Assembly: GCA_002104905.1 (NCBI GenBank)
Contig: MCFE01000007.1
Coordinates: 203,060 to 267,059 of the forward strand
From: Basidiobolus meristosporus CBS 931.73
Taxonomy: Eukaryota; Fungi; Basidiobolomycota
Direction of reading: 5' to 3'
DNA: 64,000 nt
Shown: piece after piece, positions 1 to 13,467 of the stretch
Numbering within the stretch: the first letter of the stretch is position 1
Layout of the letters: each line of letters begins with the position of its first letter
Notes under the pieces: model-generated
What the model was told of the DNA's origin: nothing
The model's input: only the letters and a program-made list of their open reading frames with translations
Database searches by the model: none
Made by a program: the position numbers and the translations under genes

Positions 1-2017
1 CAATCAAGTTTAGTCGCATTCTGATTTCACTCAACGCCAGAAACCTTTTCCCGACGATGGCGAATGGTTGGTATTTATGGATGAGAGCACGAAGGGTCGT
101 TTCTACGAGCTGGGCTTAACATTAGTGTGCAAAATCAGATGGCAAAGATCAAAGGCATTCTCGCTCGCTTCCCACCAGTTTCGTTGTAAGTGCTAGTGGA
201 TACAATTATAAGCGGCATTAGGATCGCTGTAGAATACATTTATAAGTGCGAAGTACCTAATATCTATCCTACCGGAGTACCTCAAATTTTGGCCCTTTTC
301 ATACTATACCTGGTCGTAAGCTAGATCTGCTGTTATTCATGATTATCGACCCATGAATACCCTTGATGATAGGTGCTTCACTTCAATACTAATGCGTGAT
401 TTGAATATACACCACTTGTCATATTGAGCATAGCAATTTTCTATACAAGTTGGAACGAACGATTAAGATGTTACATAAGTGTATTGGAATCAGGGTATTT
501 CAGTTAAGTATCGGGTACCAGATCCTGCAAACTCATTCACATCAACTTTAAGATACAGCCCAGCAAATCAAGCTTTTATGAGAGCAATGGGAATGAGATT
601 AAAGCGGGAAGTGTTACTTTGAGCATTGGTGCAAATATTAAAGGCTAAATACGAGAGTAGCGGGTGATCATATCCCCAAAATGTTTCCAGTTCCTATTAA
701 GCTATGTAATGGTGGCAATACAGATTCACTATCTGCTGGGTAGTTGCTCTGGCTATTACCGGAATTAACACTCAAGCGCTTAAAGTCTTTACCTGTAGGT
801 ATAGAGCCTGGAATATCAGGCCCCTCGGACAGGAAAAGTTCTCCTGATTCCAGAGTGCCTACTTCAGAATGCAGGTGTAGGATCATGGCAATTGCTACCT
901 CCGACGTCCCAAAGGGTTTCACCATATAAGCAACCAATCAAAGCCCCTGACTGACATTAAAAGTGGTACGTTATAATCACAATCTCTGGTAATAGGTTAT
1001 TCTAGGGCTGCCTTATTGCCTATCTTTTAGGATACAAACTTGATAACTCGGATAGTACAGCTACCAGCACGGACCTTACTGCTCGGTGTATACACGCAAC
1101 TTCTATCAGTACATCAAGCAGTTTTACTGTCATGAGAATGATTTTGACCAGTGGGCGAGCTGAGCCCTGACATGAGTGATGACTCCATACAGAGAACGGT
1201 GTGCCTGTTTGTTACTGACAATACAACTTGATGGGAACATGGCTTGGTTTATTTGGAATCATTTGCGTGATGCAATAGATATTTCTCAACATGGAGACCT
1301 GTTAAGACTGGTTAGAATACAGCCTTGACCTGGTAGTAATGCAAATCTACTAAGATCTAGATAGATAATAAGCCAAAACCCACATCTCCAACTTCAAAAT
1401 GGATCACAACGACATAAGCCAGCTCGGCTTGATAAGTGCACCGAAAGTTAGCCGAATTCCTCCCTGATCTAATGATAAGACTGAAACTACCCAAGGGGCC
1501 TACATGGGCTTATAACGTATCATTTTAGAGTGCGATCTAGTTTCAACCAGTTGTCCCCTCAACTTGCTTCAAGCGTTTCATTGATCCCTAAACCTATCAA
1601 TTGAACCCATTATAACTGTTATTAATTGGCACGTCCTAGTGACAACTGTGGGAACTCTCCCACCATTCATTGTGTGGAAAATGATTGTTTACCACGATGT
1701 TACTGTGGAAGGAGTTTTCACACGGCTATTGAATTGATGCGTTAAATAGCCTAGTAATTGCTATATACCCTTCTGGATTAGGATCATGTGAATGTGCTAC
1801 TCCTAGACATTTGAGTGAATCCTTTCGTATTGTTTCTGAAGTTGTTTTTCGACTATATGTATATATAATACAATCAATATGATAGCTGAATTATATACCC
1901 ACGGGCACGTGATTGTGCCAAAAGATTATATACGTAAGGTTGAATCATCTCTCCCAATACAGTTGTTACTGAACTTCTCATACCCCCCCCCCATCAAACC
2001 GTCGTTTCCTTTAGAAA

Positions 2018-3331
2018 ATGCACCAAGATGATACAAAACCCTCAAATGGAGTCACTCCAATGCGCGTTACTCTGCTTTTTTCTGTAAATGACAGGGTTGG
2101 GGTCCTTGATGAAGCCCTTAAAGCGATCAATGCTTTGAATGTATCACTAACTCGAATTGAATCTCGCCCATGCAAAACTAGTGATTGGGATTACGATTTC
2201 TTTGTGGACTTCTTTACCAAGAATTTGGAGACGGTACAAACCGTAGTACAATCCCTTGAGAAGGTTTCAGGCAATGTCAAAGTGGTTAGTACTGGTGCCT
2301 CGAATTCGGCTGGAAATAGTGTACCCTGGTTCCCAAGAAAGAAGTCAGACCTAGACAGCTTCGCCGATAAAGTTTTGGAAATGGGTGAGGAACTCAGTTC
2401 TGACCATCCTGGTGCCAAAGATCCAGCCTACCGTGCCCGCCGTGCTGAGATTACCAAGATTGCCCGTACTTATCAGCACGGCCAACCATTGCCGAGGATC
2501 GATTATACTGAACAAGAGGTTGCCACTTGGGGAACCGTGTTTCGCAAACTTACAGCAATGTATCCAACTCATGCTTGTAGAGAACATCAATATGTGTTCC
2601 CTCTATTGATTGAAAATTGCGGTTATCGTGAAGATAATATCCCACAGATTGATGACATATCCCGCTTTTTGCGCGAGTGTACAGGTTTTACTCTCCGCCC
2701 AGTGATGGGTCTATTAACATCAAGAGATTTCTTAAACGGCCTAGCTTTTCGTGTATTCCACTCCACACAGTACATCAGACATCACTCCAAACCGCTTTAC
2801 ACTCCTGAGCCAGACTGCTGTCATGAGCTTTTAGGGCACGTACCCCTTTTTGCAAATCAGGACTTCGCAGATTTTTCCCAGGAAATTGGTCTCGCTTCCC
2901 TGGGGGCTAGTGACGAAGATATTGAAAAATTGGCAACAATTTATTGGTTTACAGTCGAATTTGGTCTTTGTCGCCAGGGCGAGGAAGTGAAGGCATTTGG
3001 TGCTGGGTTGTTGTCGTCTTTTGGTGAGTTGGAATACTGTTTGTCCGAAGAACCAACCAAAGTGCCATTTGACCCTTCGAAGGCTGCTGTTCAAAAATAC
3101 CCAATCACTGAATACCAGCCAGTCTACTTTGTTGCTGAAAGCTTCAAGGATGCAAAAGATAAGGTTCGGGAGTTTGCCCGCAGCTTGAATCGCCCATTTG
3201 ATGTTCGTTATAATCCGTATACCGAAACTGTTGAAGTGTTGGATACTCGTGAAAAAGTTGTCCGTTATGCTCACAATATCAAGAGCGATCTTCAGAATTT
3301 GGTTAACGCATTGGAGAAAGTCGAAATATGA
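2018..3331 (+). CDS. PAH: Phenylalanine-4-hydroxylase (ACT domain + biopterin-dependent aromatic amino acid hydroxylase), intronless
   Basis: 437-aa ORF. N-terminal ACT-like segment ([10 protein letters not shown]...LTRIESRP), iron-binding signature [34 protein letters not shown] and [11 protein letters not shown]. Confidence 0.95.
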   Translation: MHQDDTKPSNGVTPMRVTLLFSVNDRVGVLDEALKAINALNVSLTRIESRPCKTSDWDYDFFVDFFTKNLETVQTVVQSLEKVSGNVKVVSTGASNSAGNSVPWFPRKKSDLDSFADKVLEMGEELSSDHPGAKDPAYRARRAEITKIARTYQHGQPLPRIDYTEQEVATWGTVFRKLTAMYPTHACREHQYVFPLLIENCGYREDNIPQIDDISRFLRECTGFTLRPVMGLLTSRDFLNGLAFRVFHSTQYIRHHSKPLYTPEPDCCHELLGHVPLFANQDFADFSQEIGLASLGASDEDIEKLATIYWFTVEFGLCRQGEEVKAFGAGLLSSFGELEYCLSEEPTKVPFDPSKAAVQKYPITEYQPVYFVAESFKDAKDKVREFARSLNRPFDVRYNPYTETVEVLDTREKVVRYAHNIKSDLQNLVNALEKVEI

Positions 3332-4576
3332 TACTCCGATCAGCTAATGAAGCAGCATACCATCATGGCCTTTAAAATATCCTAGTAAATTCCAATTTTG
3401 CACTCCAGCTATTCTGTAGTTGACTACAATAAACTTTCAAATCTTAAAAAACGTGATCATTTTGCTGGTAGAAATATAGGTTGTATATCTTCGTGATTAA
3501 GTAACCTCGGGAAGCAAGGTGGATTCTATTCCATATAAGCTAAATACAATAAGGGTACCTGGTGAATAATAATACTCAAGAATAACTGTTCCGTCAGCGT
3601 TATCGGTATTATTGTTCCAGACATATATATTACGTTTAGTCGTAAATAACGCTCATATAAGTTTCAAGTGTACCCAGTTTATGACTTAAAGTACACATTG
3701 TTACATAGATTTCCCTACATAGATTACCTTTTATAGTAGATATTGCGGCCACTGTTCTCAAGACCATTTACTATAATGTATTGCAGCCTTTAGATAAGGC
3801 ATTTTGCACCAATAGCTGGCCATGGGACCGTTGCGTTTTCAAGTATATTCCCTTTTAAGAAAGCATAGCACCCATGATAGTCATCGGGAATTTGCAATCT
3901 ACTCTTTGGTCGTATTAAAGCCTAAACACGAAACAGGGATTCTTTGTGCCGACACCGATTGATTCTTGTTCGTATTTTTGAATAAATGGGATTAGTGGAG
4001 TATTCTGCAAGACGGTAACTAGGGCAATACTTCTAGGCACATCCCTGACATACATTGCAAGTGATTGGAATGGAAGCGTGAATACAATTCTTTTCTCCCA
4101 GATTGAAATATCTCCATTGTGATTTGAGTGTAACTAATTAATAGATGTACCACTTGAGCCAATGGTTCTTCAGGATGTTTGGTACAGGATAACAATGCTT
4201 GCAGGAAATCTAGTCCTGATTAAGGATTGTACAATAGTAAAATGTATACTAATGTTGTCTTACATCTCGTGGTTGATTGTCACCCCTAACTTTATGCAGC
4301 ATAAGATTGTGAAACAGGTCTCTTATGGTAATTTGGTAGAATACTAATAGACTGGGTACCATTCTCGAAGCTTGCTATTTGTAGAAAGAACGTTCTATCA
4401 CATGCTTTTCATATCACTCAATATCAAACACTTAATATGTAGAGGGGATTGAAACGTTTGAATCAGCTGCTAAGAGCCTATCTGCAAGCGGTTTTGCTAT
4501 CACCCGAGTTACATAACTACATGTATATAAGGAGTTATTTAGCTTAGAACCCATCATCTCATCAGGGCATTTTACC

Positions 4577-4798
4577 ATGAAATTGAACATCAGCTTCGTC
4601 CTTGTAATCATTCTCTCTTTAATCGCCATGGCTATGGCACACGAAGGCCACGATCATGGAGCTACCAACACCACTGTACCAAGCAACTCAACTTCTGCTG
4701 CTCCAACCTCAGAAGCTAGCCTTCCATACAACGGGCAATTTATTGCACTTGCTGTGATGTTTTCTCTTGTAACCATGTTCCAACGTTTCTTTGAGTAA
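4577..4798 (+). CDS. Small secreted, probably GPI-anchored peptide with N-terminal HEGHDH
   Basis: 73 aa: signal peptide ending AMA, mature start HEGHDH, S/T/P-rich linker, hydrophobic C-terminus. Confidence 0.7.
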   Translation: MKLNISFVLVIILSLIAMAMAHEGHDHGATNTTVPSNSTSAAPTSEASLPYNGQFIALAVMFSLVTMFQRFFE

Positions 4799-5709
4799 TG
4801 CCAGTAGCCGATGCTACGGTTAGAATGTGCTTGAATCCTGAGTTGTCAATTTATTTTCCAATAAACAAGTATTGCTTTAACAAATGCAATCTATAGCTCA
4901 AGTACGAATACCTGCAACGAAACTCGCTAATGTGCATCCATCTTTTATTCGGGCTATTTAGCGTTACCAGGATTTAAAGGCTGATTAAATCTTCAAAAAC
5001 AACAATGACTGCTACAATTAATTGGCTGTTTGGCCAGTCCATTGGAGGTAATATATGCCACATAAAGTGCATAACGATACGACAATATTGAGATATAGCA
5101 CTCTCTTTATTGCGAAGTTGATGTTTATTGGCTTGGAATATATTTTGAAAGATATTCACTAATTCTCTAAAATACTCCGAAAAAGAATTTGGCCAAGGAA
5201 TACCCAAGTTTACAGACTAGGATCCAAGTAACGAAGTTAGTGTAAGTTTTTTAAATTTATGAAATATACAACATCAGTAAGGTACCAAGATTTTCGAATT
5301 TTCCAAGGTATTCCAACCAATGCATGTAGCTTCCTGGGACCTGCTTCGAGAACTAACTTGATTGCTTCTACATTCTACGAATGCATAGATGCATTGTTTG
5401 AAATCAGTAAGCTAAACACCAATACCATTCATATCTTCTAGCCCTCCACCAAAGTTTGATGTGTATCAATATAATATCATACGGAAATCACCAATAGTTA
5501 TTTTACTTCTCTCGGATTAAGCTTATAGCTCCAAAGATACAGAATTCCAGGTTATATCTAAGTATAGTCCTAGACGTAGGTCGCAGAAAGAATCAGGAGC
5601 CGAAAACAAATCAGATTATCGAAAGATACAGCCTCTTTGCTGGCCGCTTTATTTTAAATTTTAAGCTTGGCTCCAAATACATATTCATCAAAATGATGTT
5701 CTTTCTTCC

Positions 5710-6124
5710 TTAACATACGGAAAGTGCGGGGCAGACATCCAGAGGGAGTGTACCGCCGATCACTAATTGAATTATGATGTCAGCATATTCGTATATAAAG
5801 TCATTGCAATTTTTGGAAAAACTTGTAGGCAGATAATTGCACACAGTATGAACAGCACTCTTGACATCACTCTCAGTTGCATTGTTTTTCAGCAATTCAT
5901 CAATCTGTGTCATAGCAAGTTCACAGATGGCGCAGTCCGGTGAGACCCCAATTGTTTCAGCATTGATCGGAGAGCTTCTGGCATTAATACCGATAGCAGC
6001 TCCACTTACTGTAAATTAATGATGATCAGTAGGCGGCTCTTTAAGAAAGGCAGAAAGCAACAACTGTACCGTTGGATAGGAACAAGGCACCAATAGAAGC
6101 AATGAGAGGTAGACTGAAACGCAT
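5710..6124 (-). CDS. Secreted single-domain saposin-like protein (2 exons, 117 aa)
   Basis: Exon 6124-6070 (MRFSLPLIASIGALFLSN), 61-nt GT-AG intron, exon 6008-5710. Six-Cys saposin B pattern: CAIC...VCNYLP...CNDFI..Y...II..V......DVCPALSVC. Confidence 0.85.
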
Positions 6125-8339
6125 GATTCTGATATAGCAAACTCTTCATCATCGCAGGTATTTATATATCGTCGCCATGGGAAGGTACAAAGCTGGTTAA
6201 GCAAATATCGGTTATTTCAAGGAATAGATCATCTTCCTTGAAAATGATCCGTTTCCTAGTTACACGCACGACATACACCTATGTGGAATCGGCTACAACT
6301 CAAGAGCGGTTAAACATACGATGAAATTGAATGGTTATTTGTGTGCTTGTACTTGAAATTGATTTATTAAATCAGCTTTCTATTTTTAGTGCAACTTGTA
6401 ACGTGTTACATGTATACGAAAAAACAATCATTCATATAGTAATATCTATTACGTAAATATACAAATGCATGTATTTGGGCGGCTACATACTATTAACTCT
6501 GGGATCCCCACTACTTATTATATATAATACCAGGCTACTAAGATTAGCATCGTAACAGAATGGTGTCAGGTATCTTTTGAACAACGTTGAATTAATCAAA
6601 TTTAGCTTCAATACAACGCACTGTGTGCTCTTATACATGATAGAGTGGGTTAATTGAAGGAATAGCTGATTAGTACTTGATTAAAACTGCACTCTACCTC
6701 ATGGATAATTTTATACCAAGACATTTCTCTGATTCAAGTTCTTCAATAATCAAAATCATGTAAATAGACGATCAATTTGTAGACACAAGAGGAAGTAACA
6801 TTTGTCTGACTTCCTTTCCAGCGGTTCGCCCCATTATTCTCTGTACTACTCGGATGTATTGTTGGGTACCAGTGCGTATGACTATGTTATAGAGTGCGAT
6901 AACCAAACAGCCAATGATGCTACAGTGGCAACAGAAAATCTACAAAGCTGATGATGATTTGAAAGCCCTTACATGGTACTTGGTGAAGCACTGCTAATAT
7001 TCTTCAGAGGCCAGTATATTTTAGTGCCTGTTGGATCTCATATCAATTGGGCCGATATCGATATCTTGGTACTACCCACTGATGATGGTCAGCATTATTA
7101 AATTAAAAGCCGACCGGCTACATTTTATTAAGTACCTCTTTTGGTTTTAAACCAAGTAAAGTATCTGGTTATCGACTCTATGACCCGATGACATATGCCT
7201 TACCATGGGGTGAACTTTCAATTATAGCAACTGCAAACCAAAATCAAGATACAGCAAGTCGAGCAAATAGGGCTAACGCATGACCTCGGACCTCACCGAA
7301 GGCTGAATCTGTACTTCCTTTGGGGCTATCATTACCATTACCACTTCATAAATATCTTAATAAGACATTAACAGCCGCTAAATACGTCACCATGTCTATC
7401 GTTCACGCCACTAGATGTATATATGGTATGAAGTTGCGCTGCCATTCCAGTGCTTGTGGTTGGTCAGGGAGGTTGGAATCGAACTTTTTTGATATGTTGT
7501 ACGGATGTACTAATGTGATAAGACACGAAGTTAAAGCCCTCCAAGTTTACAACAGAATGTTGATATACCTAAGTTAAAACATTAATCATATTATAGTGAC
7601 CGAAGCCTAATATGCTCTTGTACATGTGTCGATTCTTTCCGCCCCTACCATTTGTGAGACATTTTAATAATTTATACATGGTAGAATGTTGACGATAAAC
7701 CAAATATAGAAGTGATGTGTTTAGATAGTTTGGTGTCAAGTTGTGCATTCTTCTAAGTGGGAATATTTAGAATGCCTTTAGATGCCTTATTGCTCACGGA
7801 CCATTGATTCAAATTAGTAAGCTAGATGAAAACTACAATTGCCACATATTGTTGAGAGTTATCTATAGTTGTGGAAGATTGAGTATTCCAAGAATGAGCA
7901 AAAGCCCCTTGACTATGTATTCCTCTTTTATGAACTTCCCAAAGCGCATACTTGTGTGTACAAACATTGCAGATAATGCAATATTAAATAAACATCTAAT
8001 TCGAAACCCTTTAAGCCCTAGCCCGGTCTATGGTCCTATACAACATTTGGTTCGGCAGCTATTGCCCCGTATTTTAGAGTTACAAACGCGAAAACATTTA
8101 CTGCACCTATGCATTAGCTACGGCCGTGGCGCAAGGCAAATGCCTACTACAGAATGATTTTCTATTTCCCTACTAAACCAGAGTTCGTTGGCGGAGTTAC
8201 ACGCTTAGAATGGTAACTGGCTCACCATCTCATAGTATTCGTGGCCCGCCATGGTTGGTTTCTTACTTATCGCAACTCAAAGGCCTTCATCTCCTGATTG
8301 AAAACAACACGAAGACATGGGAACGGGGATCCAATAAAT

Positions 8340-10184
8340 ATGTGGTGTCAACAACGTACAATCCAGTATTCAGCTGCGAATTTCCAGAACATGGCCTCTC
8401 AACTAGTCAAGGATATATTCACGTCTTCTCTCAGCAACTCTATTACTATTAACGAATTTGTGTTGGAAATGCGAAATGCTGGGATCAAGGCGAAATTCGG
8501 GACCTTTGTCAAAAAATGTAATTTGGTGACCGTATCGAAAAGAATTACACTTGTAAAGCCAATTCTGGAAGATATGGAGAGATGTTTCAGTACCGTCGAG
8601 CTCAAGGCAAATGCTGGAATCTTGCTGCCTCAGGGAATCAGTCTCTTTTACGTAACTGATAGAGACTTATGCGACTTCAACAGCATGGAGAGTCAAGAAA
8701 GCTATGGCATCGGTATGGAAGAAAGTGGCTTGCTCCTAGTTTATGCATGGCCAAGGAATAGCGTACACATATTGGACCTGCCGCAACTTTCAGAGCAATT
8801 GGATAAGATCACCCAAAGGCTAGCTGTATTACTGGAGTCAAAATCGCCCAAGTACGTGTATAATTGTCATCAGCTATTCGAGCGCCTCAAGCAATTCCTT
8901 TGGCTAAACTACAGAGACTTCAACAACATTTCCGACATCCAAGAGACAGGCCAGGAGCTTTCGTCGATGATCAAAAAAGCTGGTCTTCACCATTATCTAA
9001 AGGACTCAATGAACCCGAGCATTGTCCGGAATAGGGATGCCTGGCTTCATAGGCCTATCCATCGGGACCTGCTCACCTGTGCAGCGCTGGATGCTTATTG
9101 TATTCATCAGATTGCCCAGGCCACCAATACCACCCTAAGAACAGAAGACGCAGTTTATAGAAAAAGTGACTTCTTTGTGACACAGGTCAACCTAGAGATT
9201 GAATGTGACACAGAAGCTATCAGTGAAAGCTTATGGCCTGAGCTGTTACAAGAGATCGAAATAACTGATACTGATTTATTTCTTGATATTGGAAAGAAGA
9301 TCCGGTTGAACAGGCATTCCTCCACCAGAGTAATCCCGGCTTTCGAGGTTAGTGAGAAGCTGGTCCACGAAATTCTTGCAAAGCATTCTCCCGGAAAGCA
9401 AAATAGGGCCATAATAGGAAGTTCTTTTCATCGACTCTCCCGGATGATGTATGACGATAAGATAGCCGGGTTGACATGGAGAATAGGGAGGAGAATCAAG
9501 GGACTCGAACCCATCTTCCACGACAAGATAGGTGGTGCAGTGAACGTACTTCTTTGCGGCCCGCCCAACGTAGGAAAAACCTCACTCATAAGGGCATTGT
9601 GTCAGAATATGGCAAGAGAACGATCCCTCTGTTTAATTGATACATCAGGCGAGGTTTGTGGCGGTGGTCCATTGGGCGATGCTAGAGTATTCAAGCCGTG
9701 TGATCCACATAAGCAATACGAATTGATGATAGATATCATCAAGAATCACTCCCCCAGTCACATGGTAATCGATGAGATCCATACTATGGAAGAGATGAAG
9801 TTATGCTCCACCATATCCAAACGGGGGGTTAAAGTTATAGCATCAGTTCATGGACTATTCGAAGAGCTGATATATAATCCACAACTCAACGTGTGCTTTG
9901 GAGGTATACACAAGATAGTTTTGTCGGACAAAAGGGCAGAAGCGTCTGGTAGAAAAACTCGAATTGAGCGATTAGAAAAATCTCTCTTTGATGTGGTTAT
10001 TCAGCTAGATTTCAAGGAGGATCGCTTTCAATACTGCTTTATTACTGAAGTAAATGATGCGGTAGATAAGGTACTAGACAACCAGCTAGTTCATGCTACA
10101 TGCCGTTATCTCGTTGGAGATAGACTATATGAGAAAACGTTGCATATTGGCTCGAGCGATGAATACCTTCATCTTCCAAATTAG
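8340..10184 (+). CDS. 3'-5' exonuclease-like domain fused to a SpoIIIAA/Ycf45-type AAA ATPase
   Basis: Intronless ORF, first ATG at 8340 with an alternative at 8391. WLHRPI...CAALDAY resembles DEDDy ExoIII. C-half has GPPNVGKTS, DTSGEVCGGG, NHSP...VIDEI, IASVHG and NPQLN..FGGI. Confidence 0.75.
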   Translation: MWCQQRTIQYSAANFQNMASQLVKDIFTSSLSNSITINEFVLEMRNAGIKAKFGTFVKKCNLVTVSKRITLVKPILEDMERCFSTVELKANAGILLPQGISLFYVTDRDLCDFNSMESQESYGIGMEESGLLLVYAWPRNSVHILDLPQLSEQLDKITQRLAVLLESKSPKYVYNCHQLFERLKQFLWLNYRDFNNISDIQETGQELSSMIKKAGLHHYLKDSMNPSIVRNRDAWLHRPIHRDLLTCAALDAYCIHQIAQATNTTLRTEDAVYRKSDFFVTQVNLEIECDTEAISESLWPELLQEIEITDTDLFLDIGKKIRLNRHSSTRVIPAFEVSEKLVHEILAKHSPGKQNRAIIGSSFHRLSRMMYDDKIAGLTWRIGRRIKGLEPIFHDKIGGAVNVLLCGPPNVGKTSLIRALCQNMARERSLCLIDTSGEVCGGGPLGDARVFKPCDPHKQYELMIDIIKNHSPSHMVIDEIHTMEEMKLCSTISKRGVKVIASVHGLFEELIYNPQLNVCFGGIHKIVLSDKRAEASGRKTRIERLEKSLFDVVIQLDFKEDRFQYCFITEVNDAVDKVLDNQLVHATCRYLVGDRLYEKTLHIGSSDEYLHLPN

Positions 10185-10746
10185 CTGGAGTATAAATTGA
10201 TAGGTTATAATGCAAACGTCAGAAGCTCTACAATCACCTTCGTTTCTCTGCAAACTTTCCGCTCTTTTAATACTCGCACAACCATAAACCATTGACAAAA
10301 AGCTCTGTGAAACTGATGTAGATTTGGATATCAATTACGTCTTAAACCAGTAGGTTTTGGTCAATATTAGAGGGAAGAAGATACGAACGTCATCTGAAAG
10401 CATTAGATTTCTAAGCTTTCCTATTTGAACTAATCTTTTACGGGATTTAAATAACCTGTCGCAGCGGGTAGTTAGAAGCAGAGGTACATAATATAGTCAC
10501 TCAACACATGACGTTGATTACATTTAGAAGATAGTAGGGCCCGGCTTGAGTAATTGGTATTTATCATATCTTCTGCTACAGCATTCATTGGCATTCGTGT
10601 AGGAGTTCCGCAATGCGAGCGATCATGAGCCATTTTAATCAAGTATTACTCAGCCGCGAGCACCAACATTCAATCAAGTTATGTGATCAGAATTAGTAAG
10701 CAGAAGATGTGTATAAATGGGCGGCTGTTCAACCTATTCACAATCA

Positions 10747-11880
10747 ATGAGTTCAATCACAGTAGCTTTGGCAGGAGGATCCGGTAATACTGAAGGACGG
10801 ACAGGTCATTTATCCACTCACTAATTGTCTTTCAATAGGTGGCTTGGGAAGATATATTCTGGATGAGCTTCTATCTCAAGGGAAGCATCGTGTAGTGATT
10901 CTTGCTAGAGAGGTAAATTTTATCTGCTTCTTGCCATGTAGTTGCTTAGTGCTGAAATCTTCCGTGAAGCCTCGACCTGATCTGGAAAAATTAGGGGCTA
11001 CGGTGGCAGTTGTCGACTACGCAAACTCCGAATCACTGTTGAAAGCGCTTCAAGGTGTCCACACAGTACTCTCCTTCATTTGGAGTGATGATGGAGGCCT
11101 GAAAGATGCGCAGATAGAGCTACTAAAGGCAGCCGAGAGAGCAGGTGTCAAACGTTTTGCCCCAAGTGAGTGGGCTTTGGATTCGGTTTCGTAAGTAGTA
11201 CCGGATTTACCATGCTGCCGCGTAAGAAACTAAGATTACCTCCAAGATATGATGACGTTCCTCAGTATGCAGATAAAAAGCCAATCCGAGAGCTCCTAAG
11301 CAAGAGCAGCATTGAATCAACGCTGTTCTTCAATGGGCTATTCTTGAATTATTTTGGGAAAGAAAAGGGGTACCTTCGAGAGGTCAATATAGTCTATGAC
11401 GTTGAAAAGGGGACAGCTGTGATCCCAGGTACGGGCGAGGAACCCTTGAGTGTCACTCACACTACAGATGTTGCACGGTATGTAGTCGCATCACTAGAGC
11501 AGCCAAAATGGAGACCTATCACAGGTATTGAGGGTGAGCGGACTACTTTCAATAAGATACTGCATTCATTGGAAAGGGCAACTGGTAAGGCTTCATGACT
11601 TTGTCGGACTGTAGAATGGCGGCATATTGATGGAAAAGGCTGATCTATTTGTGATACATTCCTACTAGGCAAAACATTCCAAGTGGATTATAAGCCTGCC
11701 TCTGTGTTTGAGGCTAACATCCAGAAGAATCAGGGCCCTACGATGGCAACATTCATGGACTATATCTGCCTGAGCTGGATCAAAGGCCATGGAGTTGTGA
11801 CCCCATCTGTGAAAGAAGATTTTCCCCATATCAAGCCTGTAGGTGTTGCTGAATTCATTCAGCAGGAATGGGGGAGCTAA
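10747..11880 (+). CDS. NmrA-like / isoflavone-reductase family NAD(P)-binding protein (spliced)
   Basis: MSSITVALAGGSG|GLG Rossmann motif across an intron, VDY...L..ALQGVHTVLS, AGVKRFAPSEW, NGLFLNYF, THTTDVARYV. GT-AG introns join the ORF-track pieces. Confidence 0.85.
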
Positions 11881-12360
11881 ACCTGCGATTGACATTCGAA
11901 AGCTTTGATAGTATTATATATATATATCAAATAAAAGCGGATTATGCTAGGGATTCACAATGATACCAGACTCTAGACTGCTCACACCAGTTGAGGTGCG
12001 GGGTGAAGTATATTCTATTTTGCACATGGTTTTGGGCTTAATGTGACTGTATCAGCATCAACAGGCGGCACGAGTCAGGCCCTGAAATTTACCAAGCATG
12101 CTGAAGTGAATCATTCACCTGGTGGCAAGTGTTCACGCAGTTACACCTATCGAATTACTAAAGAGCACCTAAACTTTAGAGTGCTCATAATGCTCAATTG
12201 GGCAAGCATTCATCAAACAATGTCAAGTAACACCATGACCTATGATGTATTGGCAATAGAGTTCACACGCAAGTATTCTTGATATATAATTTGTTTACTC
12301 TCATTCATGAATCAGAATGTTATTAAAATGACGAATAATGAATTACAGTCTCCTCTAGTC

Positions 12361-13467
12361 TTATGCGGAAATCTCCATGGCATCTTCACTCACCTCAACT
12401 AAACTATAGATGTCGGTTTTCAAGACAGCTAGACAACGGAACATTAGCTGAAACTGCGCTTACGATCCATAGTAGTCGGGATATATACCTGTAGTTCCAG
12501 CCTTGAAGGTGTAGTTCAACTCCTTGACACCACGCTCATTGGGCTTCGCATAATTACGCAACATCTCATGTTTGCCCTTTTCGATTACACAAACATCTAC
12601 GTTGGAACCGGAGCCAAGGTCGTTGAAAATACCGGCCTCGATAGCATCTTTTACGAGCTCGATAGCTTCCTGACGCTGTTCGAACGAAAAAACAATTAAA
12701 ATGACTGAATGGTAATGACTGCATACTGTATACTCACCTCCATATCTTTCTTCCAACGGCTTTCGAATATGGACATCGCAGCCAGAGAACCTGAACCCAT
12801 CGTGACAAATGGAAGCTTATCAGTGCTACCGTGTGGGTAGATGGTGAATAGTTGTGGTCCGTGAACATCGAATCCTCCTAGTACAAGGGCAGCGCCAATA
12901 TGACCTTGATATCTGGATGAGACGAATCCATTAGTTCCCGTTAATTTAGATTTGTTGAAGAAAAAATCACGTAATTACTTGAACAATTTTTGCTTCAACA
13001 TTGTCATGGCAGTAACCACTCTAGCCTCACGTCCAGTTGAGAGGCGATGCAACTCAAGCTCACTGCTAATTAATGCGGTGGTAAACTCGGTATCAGCAGC
13101 AGTACCTGCGCCGCAGCACCACATATTAGGTGCGAGGTAGTGAATTTTTTCACAGTTTTTATCAGCGACAATGGGACCTTCAGTGGCACGAGTATCGGCA
13201 CCAAGTACAACACCATCCTGAAAAGAGGTTAGAAGGCGGGATGGGAGATATTCAACGGACTAAGAGTACCTTAAATATCACGCCAACGATGGTGGTACCA
13301 GTCTTGGTGGCCTTGGGTAAGGGTAGACCTTTGGATTCAAGAACGGCATTTCTAAGAATTTGCCCTAAGTATTCTCCTCAATACTCAGCGGGAAATATCA
13401 AGCCAAGTTACCTTTTGAAGTTGTCGAAGCTAAAGCCGCCTTTGGGTAATTCGTATTGTTGCTCCAT
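12361..13467 (-). CDS. PUP1: 20S proteasome subunit beta-2 (spliced)
   Basis: Propeptide then [82 protein letters not shown]. Last exon [22 protein letters not shown]. Confidence 0.95.

Noticed and set aside
1-200. Possible terminal exon (SDFTQRQKPFPDDGEWLVFMDESTKGRFYELG)
   Set aside because: Too short and no recognisable family.
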